Notes: generated by a model not told the origin, from the sequence alone. DNA of 64,000 nucleotides from Chloroflexota bacterium (GCA_011322445.1 DRMV01000043.1:73948-137947); one strand, 5' to 3'. Shown: positions 48,571 through 58,000, counted from the stretch's first letter. Numbers and translations: made by a program.

Positions 48571-49530
48571 CTACTCGTTGAACAGCGCCCCTACACTCAT
48601 GCCCTCATGGGCACGGCGAATCACTTCGCCCAGCAACGGCGCAATGGAAACGACCGTTAACCGATCTCCCAGTTTCGCCCGCTTTTCCGGCGAAATGGGA
48701 ATGGTATCGGTGGTGATGATCTCCTTCACCGGCAGAGCCGCCAGACGTTCCACCGCGGGGGGCGAGAACACAGGATGCACAAACACCAAATAGACCTCGC
48801 GTGCGCCGTGCGCTTTGACCAGGTTGACGGCCTGCACCATCGAACCGCCGGTATCTACTTCATCGTCCACGATGATGACGTCGCGGTCTTCCACCTCGCC
48901 AATGATAGTAAGGGCCTCGGCGCGGGCATCGTTGCCAATACGGCGCTTTTCAATAAAGGCCATAGGGGTATGCAGCCGCTCGGCGTAGTTGCGGCCTTTT
49001 TTGGCAAACCCCAGGTCGGCGGTGACCACCACCGGGCGGTGCATGGCAGGCACTTTGCCACTCAGGTAGTCGACCAGCAGGTGGAAAGCCGTGAGCACGT
49101 CGCCGGGGATGGAGAAAAAGCCCTGAATTTGCCCGGCGTGCAGGTCAAAGGTGATGTAACGGTCGGCACCGGCGACCTCGATCATGTCGGTAATCAGGCG
49201 GGCGGTAATGGGCACGCGCGGCTGGTCTTTCTTGTCGGAGCGGGCGTAGCAGAGGTAAGGCACTACCGCCGTGATGCGCCCGGCCGAATCGAGCCGTGCG
49301 GTCTGAATCATGATGAGCAATTCCATCAAATTGCGGTGCACCGGGCTGGCCGTGGTTTGAATGATATACACATCCTGCCCCCGCACGCTGTGGTGCAGTT
49401 TGACGAACAGGTTTTCGTTGGGGAATTCGATGATGTCCAGGCCTTCCAGCGGAAGGTGGAGATAGTCGGCAATGTGTTGCGCCAGGCCGGGGAAAGATGT
49501 GCCGGTGAAAAGTTTAATGTTCCCGTACAT
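48571..49530 (-). CDS. prs: ribose-phosphate pyrophosphokinase
   Basis: FPNEN, HLHAGQIQGFF and PRPP-binding loop IIVDDEVDTGGS. Confidence 0.95.
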   Translation of the reverse strand: MYGNIKLFTGTSFPGLAQHIADYLHLPLEGLDIIEFPNENLFVKLHHSVRGQDVYIIQTTASPVHRNLMELLIMIQTARLDSAGRITAVVPYLCYARSDKKDQPRVPITARLITDMIEVAGADRYITFDLHAGQIQGFFSIPGDVLTAFHLLVDYLSGKVPAMHRPVVVTADLGFAKKGRNYAERLHTPMAFIEKRRIGNDARAEALTIIGEVEDRDVIIVDDEVDTGGSMVQAVNLVKAHGAREVYLVFVHPVFSPPAVERLAALPVKEIITTDTIPISPEKRAKLGDRLTVVSIAPLLGEVIRRAHEGMSVGALFNE

Positions 49531-49601
49531 ACAACCCTCACAGGTATGTAAAAGCGTTCCAAGATGGCAGGGCTTTTAGCAGCCCGCATGGGGAGCAAGT
49601 T

Positions 49602-49633
49602 AAGAAAAGCCGCCTCTCCCTCAGGGGAGAGGC
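49602..49633 (-). terminator. rho-independent terminator after meaB
   Basis: Perfect 9-bp stem GCCUCUCCC/GGGAGAGGC with a 4-nt loop, followed on the minus strand by GGCUUUUCUU. Confidence 0.6.
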
Positions 49634-49640
49634 TACGGGG

Positions 49641-50690
49641 TCATGTCGCCTGGCCTTCCGGGCCATTGGCATCGGCAGCAAGCAATTGCGCCACCGCGTC
49701 GGTTGGTGCGAGGCGCCGGGTGAAAACCGCCTCCAAGATGCGGCGATAAGTTGCCTCGGTCACGTGCGAGCGCCAGCGTTGCATCAAAGCCTCCCGCAGC
49801 ATGTTCTCCAATTCGGTTTGCAGGCGCACGCGGTCACGCACCTGCCACTCGCCGGTTTCCTCTAAGTGAGCGCGATGCCGCGCAATGGCCTGGGCCAGCG
49901 TATCCATGCCGTGGTTATCAATCGCCACGGTTTTGACCACCGGCGGAATCCACAGCGGGGCATCCGTTTTCCGCACCCCGGTGGCCACCGTCATGTGCTG
50001 GCCGTGGTGCATAATGGCTTCCTGGGAAGGATGCGCCAGTTTGAGCATTTCGGTCAGCGCCCGCAAGGTCGCCATGGCACCGGGGCGGTCGGCCTTGTTG
50101 ACCACCAAAATATCCGCAATTTCCAGAATGCCTGCCTTGATGGCCTGAACATCGTCACCCAGGCCAGGGGCTTCGACAACCAACGTGGTGTGAGCCAGGC
50201 GGGCAATATCCACTTCGGCCTGACCTGCCCCCACGGTTTCGATGAAGATAATGTCGAAGCCGGCAGCATCCAGCGCCTGCACCACGCCAGCGGTGGTACG
50301 TGCCAGCCCGCCCAATGCGCCGCGCGAGGCCATCGAGCGGATGAACACACCCTGGTCACCCGCCAGGTCGCGCATGCGAATGCGGTCGCCCAAGATTGCG
50401 CCGCCTGTGAACGGGCTGGAGGGGTCGACCGCCACCACCGCCACACGCTTGGGCTCGCCTTCCGGCGGGTGGCGGTAGTAATAGGCCATGCGGTTGACAA
50501 GAGAAGACTTACCGGTTCCCGGCGCGCCGGTGACGCCAATCAGGTGGGCGCGGCCGGTATGAGGAAAAAGGGCACGCAGGGCTTCCTGCCCTTCAGGCGT
50601 GTCGTTTTCAATCAGCGTTAGCACTCGAGAAAGGGCATAGCGGCTGCCCGCCAGAACGTCTTCTGCGATGCTCACCACGCCCTCCCTCAC
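49641..50690 (-). CDS. meaB: methylmalonyl-CoA mutase-associated G3E GTPase (MeaB/ArgK)
   Basis: [14 protein letters not shown]-loop, ETVGAGQ, NKAD. Confidence 0.9.
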   Translation of the reverse strand: MREGVVSIAEDVLAGSRYALSRVLTLIENDTPEGQEALRALFPHTGRAHLIGVTGAPGTGKSSLVNRMAYYYRHPPEGEPKRVAVVAVDPSSPFTGGAILGDRIRMRDLAGDQGVFIRSMASRGALGGLARTTAGVVQALDAAGFDIIFIETVGAGQAEVDIARLAHTTLVVEAPGLGDDVQAIKAGILEIADILVVNKADRPGAMATLRALTEMLKLAHPSQEAIMHHGQHMTVATGVRKTDAPLWIPPVVKTVAIDNHGMDTLAQAIARHRAHLEETGEWQVRDRVRLQTELENMLREALMQRWRSHVTEATYRRILEAVFTRRLAPTDAVAQLLAADANGPEGQAT

Positions 50691-51103
50691 GCGCTGGCCG
50701 TTTCCGCACCCAGGACGGCCTTCCGAATGTCGCTCACGATGTCGTCGGTGAGGGTGCCGGGGCCATAAACGGCATCCACCCCCATCTCCAGCAAGCGGGG
50801 GGCGTCTTCGTCGGGGATGATGCCGCCCACGAACACCTTGACATGCTCCTGGCCGTTCTGCTTCAGCAATTCCAGCACGCGAGGCACCAATGCCATGTGA
50901 GCGCCAGAAAGAATGGAAAGGCCGACGACGTCGACGTCTTCCTGCAAAGCCGCCTCGGCAATCATTTCGGGCGTCTGGCGCAGGCCGGTGTAGATGACCT
51001 CCATCCCGGCATCACGTAAGGCACGCGCGACCACTTTCGCGCCGCGATCGTGGCCGTCAAGGCCGGGTTTCGCGATGAGGACGCGAATTCTGCGCTCCGT
51101 CAT
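50687..51103 (-). CDS. cobalamin-binding subunit of a split methylmalonyl-CoA mutase-type isomerase
   Basis: [32 protein letters not shown] (DxHxxG B12 motif). ATG 51103 has an AAGGAG RBS. 4-bp overlap with meaB. Confidence 0.85.
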   Translation of the reverse strand: MTERRIRVLIAKPGLDGHDRGAKVVARALRDAGMEVIYTGLRQTPEMIAEAALQEDVDVVGLSILSGAHMALVPRVLELLKQNGQEHVKVFVGGIIPDEDAPRLLEMGVDAVYGPGTLTDDIVSDIRKAVLGAETASA

Positions 51104-51144
51104 GGTTTTGCTCCTTGCGAGGGGATGTCTGTGCACGCTCTTTC

Positions 51145-51150
51145 ATTATA
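51145..51150 (-). promoter_or_regulatory. -10 element for the B12-subunit/meaB operon
   Basis: Perfect TATAAT on the minus strand, about 40 nt upstream of ATG 51103. No convincing -35. Confidence 0.4.
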
Positions 51151-51213
51151 CCCCAACGCCCGATTTTGCAGGGCGGGGAAGCGGGCAAATGCTAAAAACC
51201 GCGCGAACCTCAC

Positions 51214-51242
51214 TTGACGCCACCCCCCAAGGCAGTTATAGT
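51214..51242 (+). promoter_or_regulatory. sigma70-type promoter of the TetR-patatin-esterase operon
   Basis: TTGACG (51214-51219), 17 nt, TATAGT (51237-51242). Confidence 0.6.
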
Positions 51243-51252
51243 AAAGGCATCC

Positions 51253-51268
51253 TTACCAAACGCTTAGT
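51253..51268. promoter_or_regulatory. candidate TetR operator (imperfect palindrome)
   Basis: TACCAAAC|GCTTAGTA, 6 of 8 symmetric positions, immediately downstream of the -10. Confidence 0.3.
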
Positions 51269-51286
51269 AGCACAAAGGCAAGCGCA

Positions 51287-51928
51287 ATGGGCCCAACTTC
51301 ACATCCCCCCGTGGGCAAAGCCCGCATTCTGGAAACCGCGGAACGCCTCTTCCTCAAGCACGGCTACCGCGCCGTCTCGATTCGCGACATCGCCAACGCG
51401 TGTGGCGTGACCAATGCGGCGCTTTACTACTACTTTCCCAGCAAAGAAGCCCTCTTTTGGGAAGTGCTGCGTCAGCACCTCAATCGTCTGGCGGAAAACC
51501 TGCGCGCCGCCCGAGCAGCGGCCCCGCCCGACCCCCAGGCCCAACTCAGCGCCATGACCCAGGTCTACGCCGAATGGGTGCTCAGCCGCCGGGCTTCCAT
51601 TTTTGCTTTGCGGCGCGACATGCTTGCCATGAAGCGCCAGACCTTGCACCAAAAGCACAAGCCTTTTTACGATCTGGCGCTCACCATCAGCCGCCCGTTT
51701 GAAGAAGTGCTGCAGGAAGCCGTTCAAAACGGCGTGCTCCGCCAGCCGCCGCTGGAAGCCCCCCTGAGCGGGATGTTATTGGGGCTGCTGCACGGCATTC
51801 TGCACAGCCAGGAAAACGTTGCCAATCCCAAAGCCCTGGCCAAAGCCGCTGCCCAGTGGGCAGTCGAAACCCTCTGGCACGGCATGGCTGCCTCTACTGC
51901 ACCTTCCTCACCTGGAGAAACCTCATGA
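51287..51928 (+). CDS. TetR/AcrR-family transcriptional regulator
   Basis: N-terminal HTH: ILETAERLFLKHGYRAVSIRDIANACGVTNAALYYYFPSKEALF. Confidence 0.85.
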   Translation: MGPTSHPPVGKARILETAERLFLKHGYRAVSIRDIANACGVTNAALYYYFPSKEALFWEVLRQHLNRLAENLRAARAAAPPDPQAQLSAMTQVYAEWVLSRRASIFALRRDMLAMKRQTLHQKHKPFYDLALTISRPFEEVLQEAVQNGVLRQPPLEAPLSGMLLGLLHGILHSQENVANPKALAKAAAQWAVETLWHGMAASTAPSSPGETS

Positions 51929-52833
51929 AACGACGCATCGTTTTGGCTCTCGGCGGTGGCGGCACCAAAGGCTACGCCCACATCGGCGTGATCAAGGTGC
52001 TCGAAGCCGCAGGTTACGAAATCGCCGCGGTCAGCGGCACCAGCGCGGGGACCTTGGTTGGCTCGCTGTATGCCGCGGGCTACACCCCCGACGAGATCAC
52101 CACGCTGCTGAAATCGGTCGACCCACGGCACATTTTCGACCGTCGCAGCGGCGACCGCCCCTCCATCCTCGGGCTGCAAGGGGTGGAAAACATGCTGCGG
52201 GAAGCCTTAGGCGACCGCACTTTTGCCGACCTGCAACGCCCCTTCGGCGCCGTCGCGGTGGACATTCTCAGCGGCGACACCGTCTTTCTGCGCAGCGGTT
52301 CAGTGGTCGAAGCCGCGCTGGCTTCCAGCGCCATCCCGGGCCTCTTTCCGCCCGTGAAATGGGGCGACTGGCTGCTGGTCGACGGCGGCATGGCCGACAA
52401 CGTGCCGGTGCGGCTGGCGCGGCTGCTGGCCCCCGGCCTGCCCGTCGTCGCCGTGACCCTGGGCATCATGCCGCGGCCGGTCACCTGCTTCGACGACCTG
52501 CCCCTCCCCATCCGGCTAAAGCGCTTTCAGCATGTGGTTGCGCGGCTGCGATACACCCAGGCCGTCAACACCTTCATCCGAGCCGCGGAAGTCTCTTTGG
52601 GCTACCACATCCTGCTCCGCCTGCAAACCGACCGGCCGGAAGTCATCATCAACCCGCCGGTAGATGATGTGGATGTCCTGGCCTCCCCCGAGGACCCCAC
52701 CTTCATCATCCAGGCCGGGGAAGAATCGGCCCGCGCCACGCTGCCACATCTGGAAAGCCTGTTCTCGTGGCGGCGGTTCTTCCGCCCGCGCCCGCCCAAG
52801 CCGGAGATGTACCATGTCGTCGTGGCCGAATGA
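51925..52833 (+). CDS. patatin-like phospholipase
   Basis: GGGGTKGYAHIGV oxyanion box, GTSAG nucleophile motif, DGG catalytic Asp. ATGA overlap with the TetR stop. Confidence 0.85.
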   Translation: MKRRIVLALGGGGTKGYAHIGVIKVLEAAGYEIAAVSGTSAGTLVGSLYAAGYTPDEITTLLKSVDPRHIFDRRSGDRPSILGLQGVENMLREALGDRTFADLQRPFGAVAVDILSGDTVFLRSGSVVEAALASSAIPGLFPPVKWGDWLLVDGGMADNVPVRLARLLAPGLPVVAVTLGIMPRPVTCFDDLPLPIRLKRFQHVVARLRYTQAVNTFIRAAEVSLGYHILLRLQTDRPEVIINPPVDDVDVLASPEDPTFIIQAGEESARATLPHLESLFSWRRFFRPRPPKPEMYHVVVAE

Positions 52834-53518
52834 CGCCGTGCTCTGGGAAACCCTGCCGCTGGAAGGCACCGTCGCCCGCATCCGTCGTCCCCAACAGGGG
52901 GAAGCCACCGGCCCCGTGGCTATCCTGCTCCACGGCTGGACGGGCGACGAAAGTTTCATGGCCCCTTTTGCCGAGATTTTACCGCCGGAGGTATTGGTGG
53001 TAGCCTTCCGTGCCCCCCGGCCTGCCCAATCGCCGCGGGGCGGGTACAGTTGGGTAGATTACGACCCCGACGACCAGCCGCCCGACTTTTCCCAATACCA
53101 GCCTGCCACGGCCCGGCTGGCGGCCTGGCTCGCCGCCCTGGGCGAGCGGTTTCCCCGTGCTCACTGGGAAAGCCAACACTGGATGGGCTTCAGCCAGGGC
53201 GCTTCCACGGCAGGCACCTACGCCCTGGAACGCCCGCGCGGGGTGGCTTCCCTCGCCCTGCTGGCCGGTTTCCTGCCCACAGGGGCGGAAAAATGGGCTT
53301 CCCGCCGCCCCCTGGAGGGGCTTCCGGCTTTCATCGCCCACGGCCTTCACGACGCTCTGGTGCCCATCCACCACGCGCACCACGCCGCGGACGTTCTCAC
53401 CCAGGCCGGTGCGCGCGTCGAGTTCTGCACCGACGAGGTGGCGCACAAAGTCGGCGCGCGCTGCAAAAAAGCGCTCGCCGCATTTTATGCCGGTGCTTTG
53501 GGCCTAATGGGGGGATGA
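52814..53518 (+). CDS. alpha/beta hydrolase (phospholipase/carboxylesterase family)
   Basis: ILLHGWTGDE, GFSQG nucleophile elbow, HGLHDALVP. ATG 52814 has a GGAG RBS and overlaps the patatin gene by 20 nt. Confidence 0.7.
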   Translation: MSSWPNDAVLWETLPLEGTVARIRRPQQGEATGPVAILLHGWTGDESFMAPFAEILPPEVLVVAFRAPRPAQSPRGGYSWVDYDPDDQPPDFSQYQPATARLAAWLAALGERFPRAHWESQHWMGFSQGASTAGTYALERPRGVASLALLAGFLPTGAEKWASRRPLEGLPAFIAHGLHDALVPIHHAHHAADVLTQAGARVEFCTDEVAHKVGARCKKALAAFYAGALGLMGG

Positions 53519-54118
53519 AGCCGGCCCCGAGGGCAAAACATGGAACTCGCACGGCGCCGTCGGCCCTTCTGCCACACGGGCTACCGGCACGCCCAGCAAG
53601 CGTTCCAGCAACATCGTATCGAGACGGCAGAGTTCGGGGTAATCGGCCACGAGCGGTGCGTAAGGGCAGCGGTGGAAAATGACCCTGGGGCCGTGGCGGT
53701 GGGCTTCCCAGCGTGGCTCGAAGTGCATCGCGGCCAAACGGTGCATCGCGTGCTGCAGCCGCTCGCGCAGGGAACGGGCCGCGTCAGGTGACTGATGGTC
53801 ACACAGGGCGTCGCACAACAAAGCCTCGGCCGATTTCCCCTGACGGCGCAGAGCATCCAGCAAGGCCCGGGTGAGCGGCTCTAAGAACGGCTGCTGCGCT
53901 GCGGCCGTGAGGCGATATAACTTGGCAGGCCGCCCCCGCCGCGGCAGGCGTTGCGTTTCCGCCTGCGCTACCAGCCCCTTCGCTTCCAACAACCCCAAGT
54001 GGTGGCGGATGTTGGCTGCCGTCACCCCCAAAGCCGCCGCCATCTCGCTGGCCGAGGCCAACGTGTGGCTGCTGAGGTAATCGAGAATTTGCTCACGTGT
54101 CGTTGGGGCTTTGTCCAT
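53504..54118 (-). CDS. ArsR/SufR-like winged-helix regulator with Cys-containing C-terminal domain
   Basis: N-terminal ILDYL.....SASEMAAALGVTAANIRHHLGLLEAKGLV. C-terminal Cys residues (CDALCDH, HRCPYAPL, LCRLD). Start at MDKAPTT. Confidence 0.7.
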   Translation of the reverse strand: MDKAPTTREQILDYLSSHTLASASEMAAALGVTAANIRHHLGLLEAKGLVAQAETQRLPRRGRPAKLYRLTAAAQQPFLEPLTRALLDALRRQGKSAEALLCDALCDHQSPDAARSLRERLQHAMHRLAAMHFEPRWEAHRHGPRVIFHRCPYAPLVADYPELCRLDTMLLERLLGVPVARVAEGPTAPCEFHVLPSGPASSPH

Positions 54119-54124
54119 AGAATT

Positions 54125-54130
54125 ATTATA
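54125..54130 (-). promoter_or_regulatory. -10 element giving a leaderless mRNA for the ArsR-like regulator
   Basis: Minus strand is GAGTATAAT, then AATTCT, then ATG. The start codon begins 7 nt after the -10, with no SD. Confidence 0.5.
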
Positions 54131-54289
54131 CTCGTCCCCCAAAATTGCACAAGCGGGTTTTGAAGAGGTGGCTGCCCCAAACCTGGCAGGACACAAGTCT
54201 CATCTCTCCCTCAACCGACACCGCCGGCCTCACCCCATGCTGACCATCAGGTTTCCGGCAGGGTGCCCAAAGGGTTCGCCCCCGCCGCA

Positions 54290-54327
54290 CCTCCGATGAG
54301 CCTCACTTGCGCCTGGCTCATCGGAGG
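54290..54327. other. perfect 13-bp inverted repeat (hairpin or operator)
   Basis: CCTCCGATGAGCC, 12 nt, GGCTCATCGGAGG. It lies between the end of the gcv operon (54355) and the ArsR-like gene promoter. No U-tract. Confidence 0.4.
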
Positions 54328-54354
54328 CAGGGAGGGATCTCGCCACGGGCAAGG

Positions 54355-54579
54355 CTATTCAGAAAGTCCCGCCCCGGGCTGCACAACCCAATACGCGAGC
54401 GCGCCCAGAAAGGGCACAACCACCACGAAGATCGCCCAAAGGGCCTGCGCCGTGGCGGGCAGCCGCCGCTTGCGGAGCGAAAAGAGAGCAGCAATACCCA
54501 GCACCAGCCAGCCCAGCACAAAAGTCAGGTTGAGCGCCTGCACCAGCACATAGCCCCAACTGAGGCCCATACTTTCCAT
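54355..54579 (-). CDS. small membrane protein, PLDc_N (cardiolipin-synthase N-terminal-like) family
   Basis: 74 aa, 2 TM, ...LWAIFVVVVPFLGALAYWVV motif. GGGAGG RBS 5 nt upstream of the ATG. Confidence 0.6.
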   Translation of the reverse strand: MESMGLSWGYVLVQALNLTFVLGWLVLGIAALFSLRKRRLPATAQALWAIFVVVVPFLGALAYWVVQPGAGLSE

Positions 54580-54589
54580 CGCCGCCTCC

Positions 54590-54653
54590 CGACCATTTGA
54601 CTACCCAACCATTTGGCTACCCGACCATTTGACTACCCGACTATCCGACTATC
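54590..54653. repeat. tandem 16-mer (2 x 8-mer) array, 3 full units + 1 degenerate
   Basis: Minus strand: GATAGTCG GATAGTCG | GGTAGTCAAATGGTCG | GGTAGCCAAATGGTTG | GGTAGTCAAATGGTCG, then GGGAGG RBS. It spans from the gcvPB stop to the small-ORF RBS. Confidence 0.7.
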
Positions 54654-56118
54654 TTCCATCCATCCACGTCAAAATCAACTCCTTCGCCGCCTTCACCTCA
54701 TCCACCCGGCCAAAGGGCGTGGCATGGGGGGCGCTGTGCAGCACTTCGGGGTTGGTATGGGCTTCCCCGGCAATCTGCAGCATCGCCTCGGCAAAGGCAT
54801 CTAAGGTTTCCTTGCTCTCGGTTTCGGTGGGTTCGATCATCAGGGCTTCGTGCACGATGAGGGGGAAGTAGTTGGTCGGCGGGTGGAAGCCGAAATCCAT
54901 CAGCCGCTTGGCAATATCCAGCGCGTGGACGTCGGGGGCATCTTTCCAGCGGCCTTCGGCCACGAATTCGTGCATGCAAATGCGGTTGTAAGGGATGTGG
55001 TAGACATCCTGCAGGCGCACGCGCAGGTAGTTGGCGTTGAGCACGGCGTCTTCGGCCACCTGCCGCAGGCCGCCTGCACCCAGCATCATGATATAGGCAA
55101 ACGCCTTCACCATCACGCCAAAGTGCCCGTGGAAGGGCTTGACGCGCCCAATGCTCTTGGGCGGCATCCGGAAGCCGTACAGGGGCGGCAAATCGTCGGT
55201 GGCCTCCTCTTTGACCACCACCACCGGCCCCGGCAGGAAGTCGGCGAGGTGCGGCGCACACACCACCGGCCCGCTGCCCGGCCCGCCGCCGCCGTGGGGC
55301 GTGGCGAAGGTCTTGTGCAGGTTGAGGTGCATTACATCGAAGCCCAGTTCGCCGGGTTTGGCAATGCCCAGCAGGGCGTTCAGGTTTGCCCCATCGCCGT
55401 AAACCAGCCCGCCCGCGGCGTGTACGGTTTCGATGACTTCCAGCAAACGCTCCTCGAACAGCCCTAAGGTGTTGGGGTTGGTGAGCATCAGCCCGGCCAC
55501 GGTGTCGTCGCATTCCGCTTTCAGGGCGGCCAGGTCAATGTTGCCGCGCTCGTCTGAGGGAATTTCCACCACCCGGAAGCCGCTCATGGCCGACGACGCA
55601 GGGTTGGTGCCGTGGGCGGAATCGGGCACCAGGATTTTGTTGCGCTGCGTGTCGCCGCGATCCTGATGGTAAGCCCAAATCATGTGCACGCCGGTCAGTT
55701 CGCCGTGGGCGCCTGCGGCAGGCTGCAAACTGCACGCCGCGAAGCCGGTGATTTCCTGAAGGGCTTCCTGCAATTCGTACATCAGCCGCAGCGCGCCCTG
55801 GGCGGTTTCCTCGGGCTGCAAAGGGTGCAGGTGGGCAAAGCCGGGCAGGCGGCTGACGGCCTCGTTGATTTTCGGGTTGTACTTCATCGTGCAGGAGCCG
55901 AGGGGGTAGAAGTTGATGTCCACCGCGTGGTTGAAATGCGAAAGGCGGGTGTAGTGGCGCACCACGTCCACCTCGGAAACCTCCGGCAGCGGCAGGTCTT
56001 CCCGCAGCAGGCCTTCAGGCAGGGGCGCGGCGGGCACATCCAGGTCGGGGAAGCGCACGCCTTCCCGCCCCGGCGAGGAAAGTTCAACAATAAGGGGTTC
56101 TTTCACCTTGAGGGGCAT
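54649..56118 (-). CDS. gcvPB: glycine dehydrogenase (decarboxylating) subunit 2
   Basis: 489 aa with the PLP-lysine region [14 protein letters not shown], typical of the P-protein beta subunit. Confidence 0.95.
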   Translation of the reverse strand: MPLKVKEPLIVELSSPGREGVRFPDLDVPAAPLPEGLLREDLPLPEVSEVDVVRHYTRLSHFNHAVDINFYPLGSCTMKYNPKINEAVSRLPGFAHLHPLQPEETAQGALRLMYELQEALQEITGFAACSLQPAAGAHGELTGVHMIWAYHQDRGDTQRNKILVPDSAHGTNPASSAMSGFRVVEIPSDERGNIDLAALKAECDDTVAGLMLTNPNTLGLFEERLLEVIETVHAAGGLVYGDGANLNALLGIAKPGELGFDVMHLNLHKTFATPHGGGGPGSGPVVCAPHLADFLPGPVVVVKEEATDDLPPLYGFRMPPKSIGRVKPFHGHFGVMVKAFAYIMMLGAGGLRQVAEDAVLNANYLRVRLQDVYHIPYNRICMHEFVAEGRWKDAPDVHALDIAKRLMDFGFHPPTNYFPLIVHEALMIEPTETESKETLDAFAEAMLQIAGEAHTNPEVLHSAPHATPFGRVDEVKAAKELILTWMDGR

Positions 56119-57461
56119 CAGTGCACCTCCCCTAACGCTTCGGCCAGCAGGTCAATGGCCTCGCGGGTGTTCATTTCGGTGACGGCCACCAGCAGCACAT
56201 CCCGGAATGCCTCGCCGTAAACCTCGCCCAGCGGGTAGCCGGCGATAATGTCGTGTTCCAGCAGGTGGGCGGCAATCTCGTCGGCGGGGGCGGGGCAGCG
56301 GAGGGCAAATTCGTTGAAAAAGGGCGTTTCGGGGAACACAAGCGCGTAGCCGGGCAGCGCCGCCAGTTTGCGGGCGGCGTAGTGGGCGCGGTGGTAGTTG
56401 AGTTCCGCCACCTTCCGCAGGCCGCGCTTGCCCAGCAGGCTAAGGTACACCGCCGAGGCTAAGGTCATCAGCCCCTGGTTGGAGCAGATGTTGGAAGTCG
56501 CCCGTTCGCGGCGGATGTGCTGCTCGCGGGCGCTGAGGGTAAGCACATAAGCGCGCTGGCCGCGACTGTCCACGGTCTGCCCCACCAGACGGCCGGCCAT
56601 CTTGCGGACATACTTTTTGCGGGTGGCGAACAGGCCAAGATACGGCCCGCCAAAGGAAAGCGGAATACCGAGGGGCTGACCTTCGCCGGTGACGATGTCG
56701 GCACCCATCTCGCCCGGCGGCTTGAGCAGCCCCAACGCCAGGGGGTTGACCGCCACGCCAAAGAGCGCGCCGCGGGCGTGGACTTCTTCGGCCAGGGCGG
56801 TGAAATCGTAAACCCGCCCGAAGAAGTCAGGGTATTGCACCATCACTAAGGCGGTCTGGTCGTCTACCGCGTCCAGCAGGGCTTCAGGGGGCGCGGCGGG
56901 CGGCAGGTCGTCGCCGGCAAACACGATGGGCGAGCCTTGCGTGTAGGTGCGGGTGGTTTCTCGATAGTGCGGGTGCAGTGAGGGGGAAAGCACCACCTTG
57001 GGGCGCTTGCCGCGGAAGACATGGTAAGCCATGATGGCCGCTTCGGCCACCGCGGTTGCGCCGTCGTAGTGCGACGCGTTGGCAACTTCCATGCCGGTGA
57101 GGGCACACACCATGCTCTGGTATTCAAAGAGGGCTTGCAGCGTGCCCTGGGAAATTTCCGGCTGGTAGGGCGTGTAGGCGGTATAGAATTCGCCGCGGCT
57201 GAGGATGGCGTCCACCGCGGCGGGGATGTAGTGGTTGTAAGCGCCCGCACCGAGGAAGGAAAGTAAATCGCGGGCGGTTTCGTTGTCTTCGGAAAGCGCC
57301 TGCAGTTCCTCGGCCACCTCCATTTCGGTCAGCGGCGGGGGCAGCCGCAGCGCCGGGTAGCGGTAGGCTTCCGGCACGTCGCGGAACAGCTCAGCCACGC
57401 TTTTCACGCCAACGGCTTCCAGCATGGCCTTGCGGTCGGCTTGCGTAAGCGGGGAAAACAT
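56118..57461 (-). CDS. gcvPA: glycine dehydrogenase (decarboxylating) subunit 1
   Basis: 447 aa. [23 protein letters not shown] motifs. Stop and start are adjacent to gcvPB. Confidence 0.95.
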   Translation of the reverse strand: MFSPLTQADRKAMLEAVGVKSVAELFRDVPEAYRYPALRLPPPLTEMEVAEELQALSEDNETARDLLSFLGAGAYNHYIPAAVDAILSRGEFYTAYTPYQPEISQGTLQALFEYQSMVCALTGMEVANASHYDGATAVAEAAIMAYHVFRGKRPKVVLSPSLHPHYRETTRTYTQGSPIVFAGDDLPPAAPPEALLDAVDDQTALVMVQYPDFFGRVYDFTALAEEVHARGALFGVAVNPLALGLLKPPGEMGADIVTGEGQPLGIPLSFGGPYLGLFATRKKYVRKMAGRLVGQTVDSRGQRAYVLTLSAREQHIRRERATSNICSNQGLMTLASAVYLSLLGKRGLRKVAELNYHRAHYAARKLAALPGYALVFPETPFFNEFALRCPAPADEIAAHLLEHDIIAGYPLGEVYGEAFRDVLLVAVTEMNTREAIDLLAEALGEVH

Positions 57462-57503
57462 CGCGCCTCCAGGAAATGGCGAATCAGGAATTGCGAATCA
57501 CGG

Positions 57504-57615
57504 GGTGCAAGGGGCAAGATGCAAGATGCAAGATGCAAGATGCAAGATGCAAGATGCAAGATGCAGGTTGCAAGATGCAGGGGGCAGGTTGCAACCTGCA
57601 ATTTGCAACTTGCAA
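57504..57615. repeat. tandem heptamer array, 16 in-phase units (NNTGCAR/NNGGCAR)
   Basis: GGTGCAA GGGGCAA (GATGCAA)x6 GATGCAG GTTGCAA GATGCAG GGGGCAG GTTGCAA CCTGCAA TTTGCAA CTTGCAA = 112 nt. Contains the palindrome GCAGGTTGCAACCTGC (57584-57599). Confidence 0.85.
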
Positions 57616-57616
57616 T

Positions 57617-58000
57617 TTATTCTTCGCGTTCCTTGCAATACGCCTCATACGCGGCGGCGTCCATCAAGCCGTCCAGTTCGGCGGGGTCGGCGATTTCCAG
57701 TTTGATGAGCCAGGCTTTGCCGTAAGGATCTTCGTTGACCAGTTCGGGGTTGTCGTCCAGTTCGGCGTTGACGGCGACCACCTTGCCGCCCACCGGCGCG
57801 TACACATCGGCCGCGGCTTTGACGGATTCAATGGTGGCGATGATGTCGCCCTGGGCCACTTCGTCGCCTTCGGAAACCACAATCTCTACGAAGACGACGT
57901 CGGAAAGTTGATCCTGGGCGTAGTCGGTGACGCCGACAGTGCCATCGGCGCGGATCCACTCATCGTTCTTAGTGTATTTCAGGTCAGCGGGGAATTCCAT
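57617..58000 (-). CDS. gcvH: glycine cleavage system H protein
   Basis: Start at MEFPADLKYTKNDEWIR (AGGAGG RBS). Lipoyl-lysine motif IESVKAA. Confidence 0.9.
   Translation of the reverse strand: MEFPADLKYTKNDEWIRADGTVGVTDYAQDQLSDVVFVEIVVSEGDEVAQGDIIATIESVKAAADVYAPVGGKVVAVNAELDDNPELVNEDPYGKAWLIKLEIADPAELDGLMDAAAYEAYCKEREE

Noticed and set aside
57504-57615. CRISPR array hypothesis for the tandem repeats
   Set aside because: The units are only 7-8 nt and directly abut each other without unique spacers. There are no cas genes in the window.
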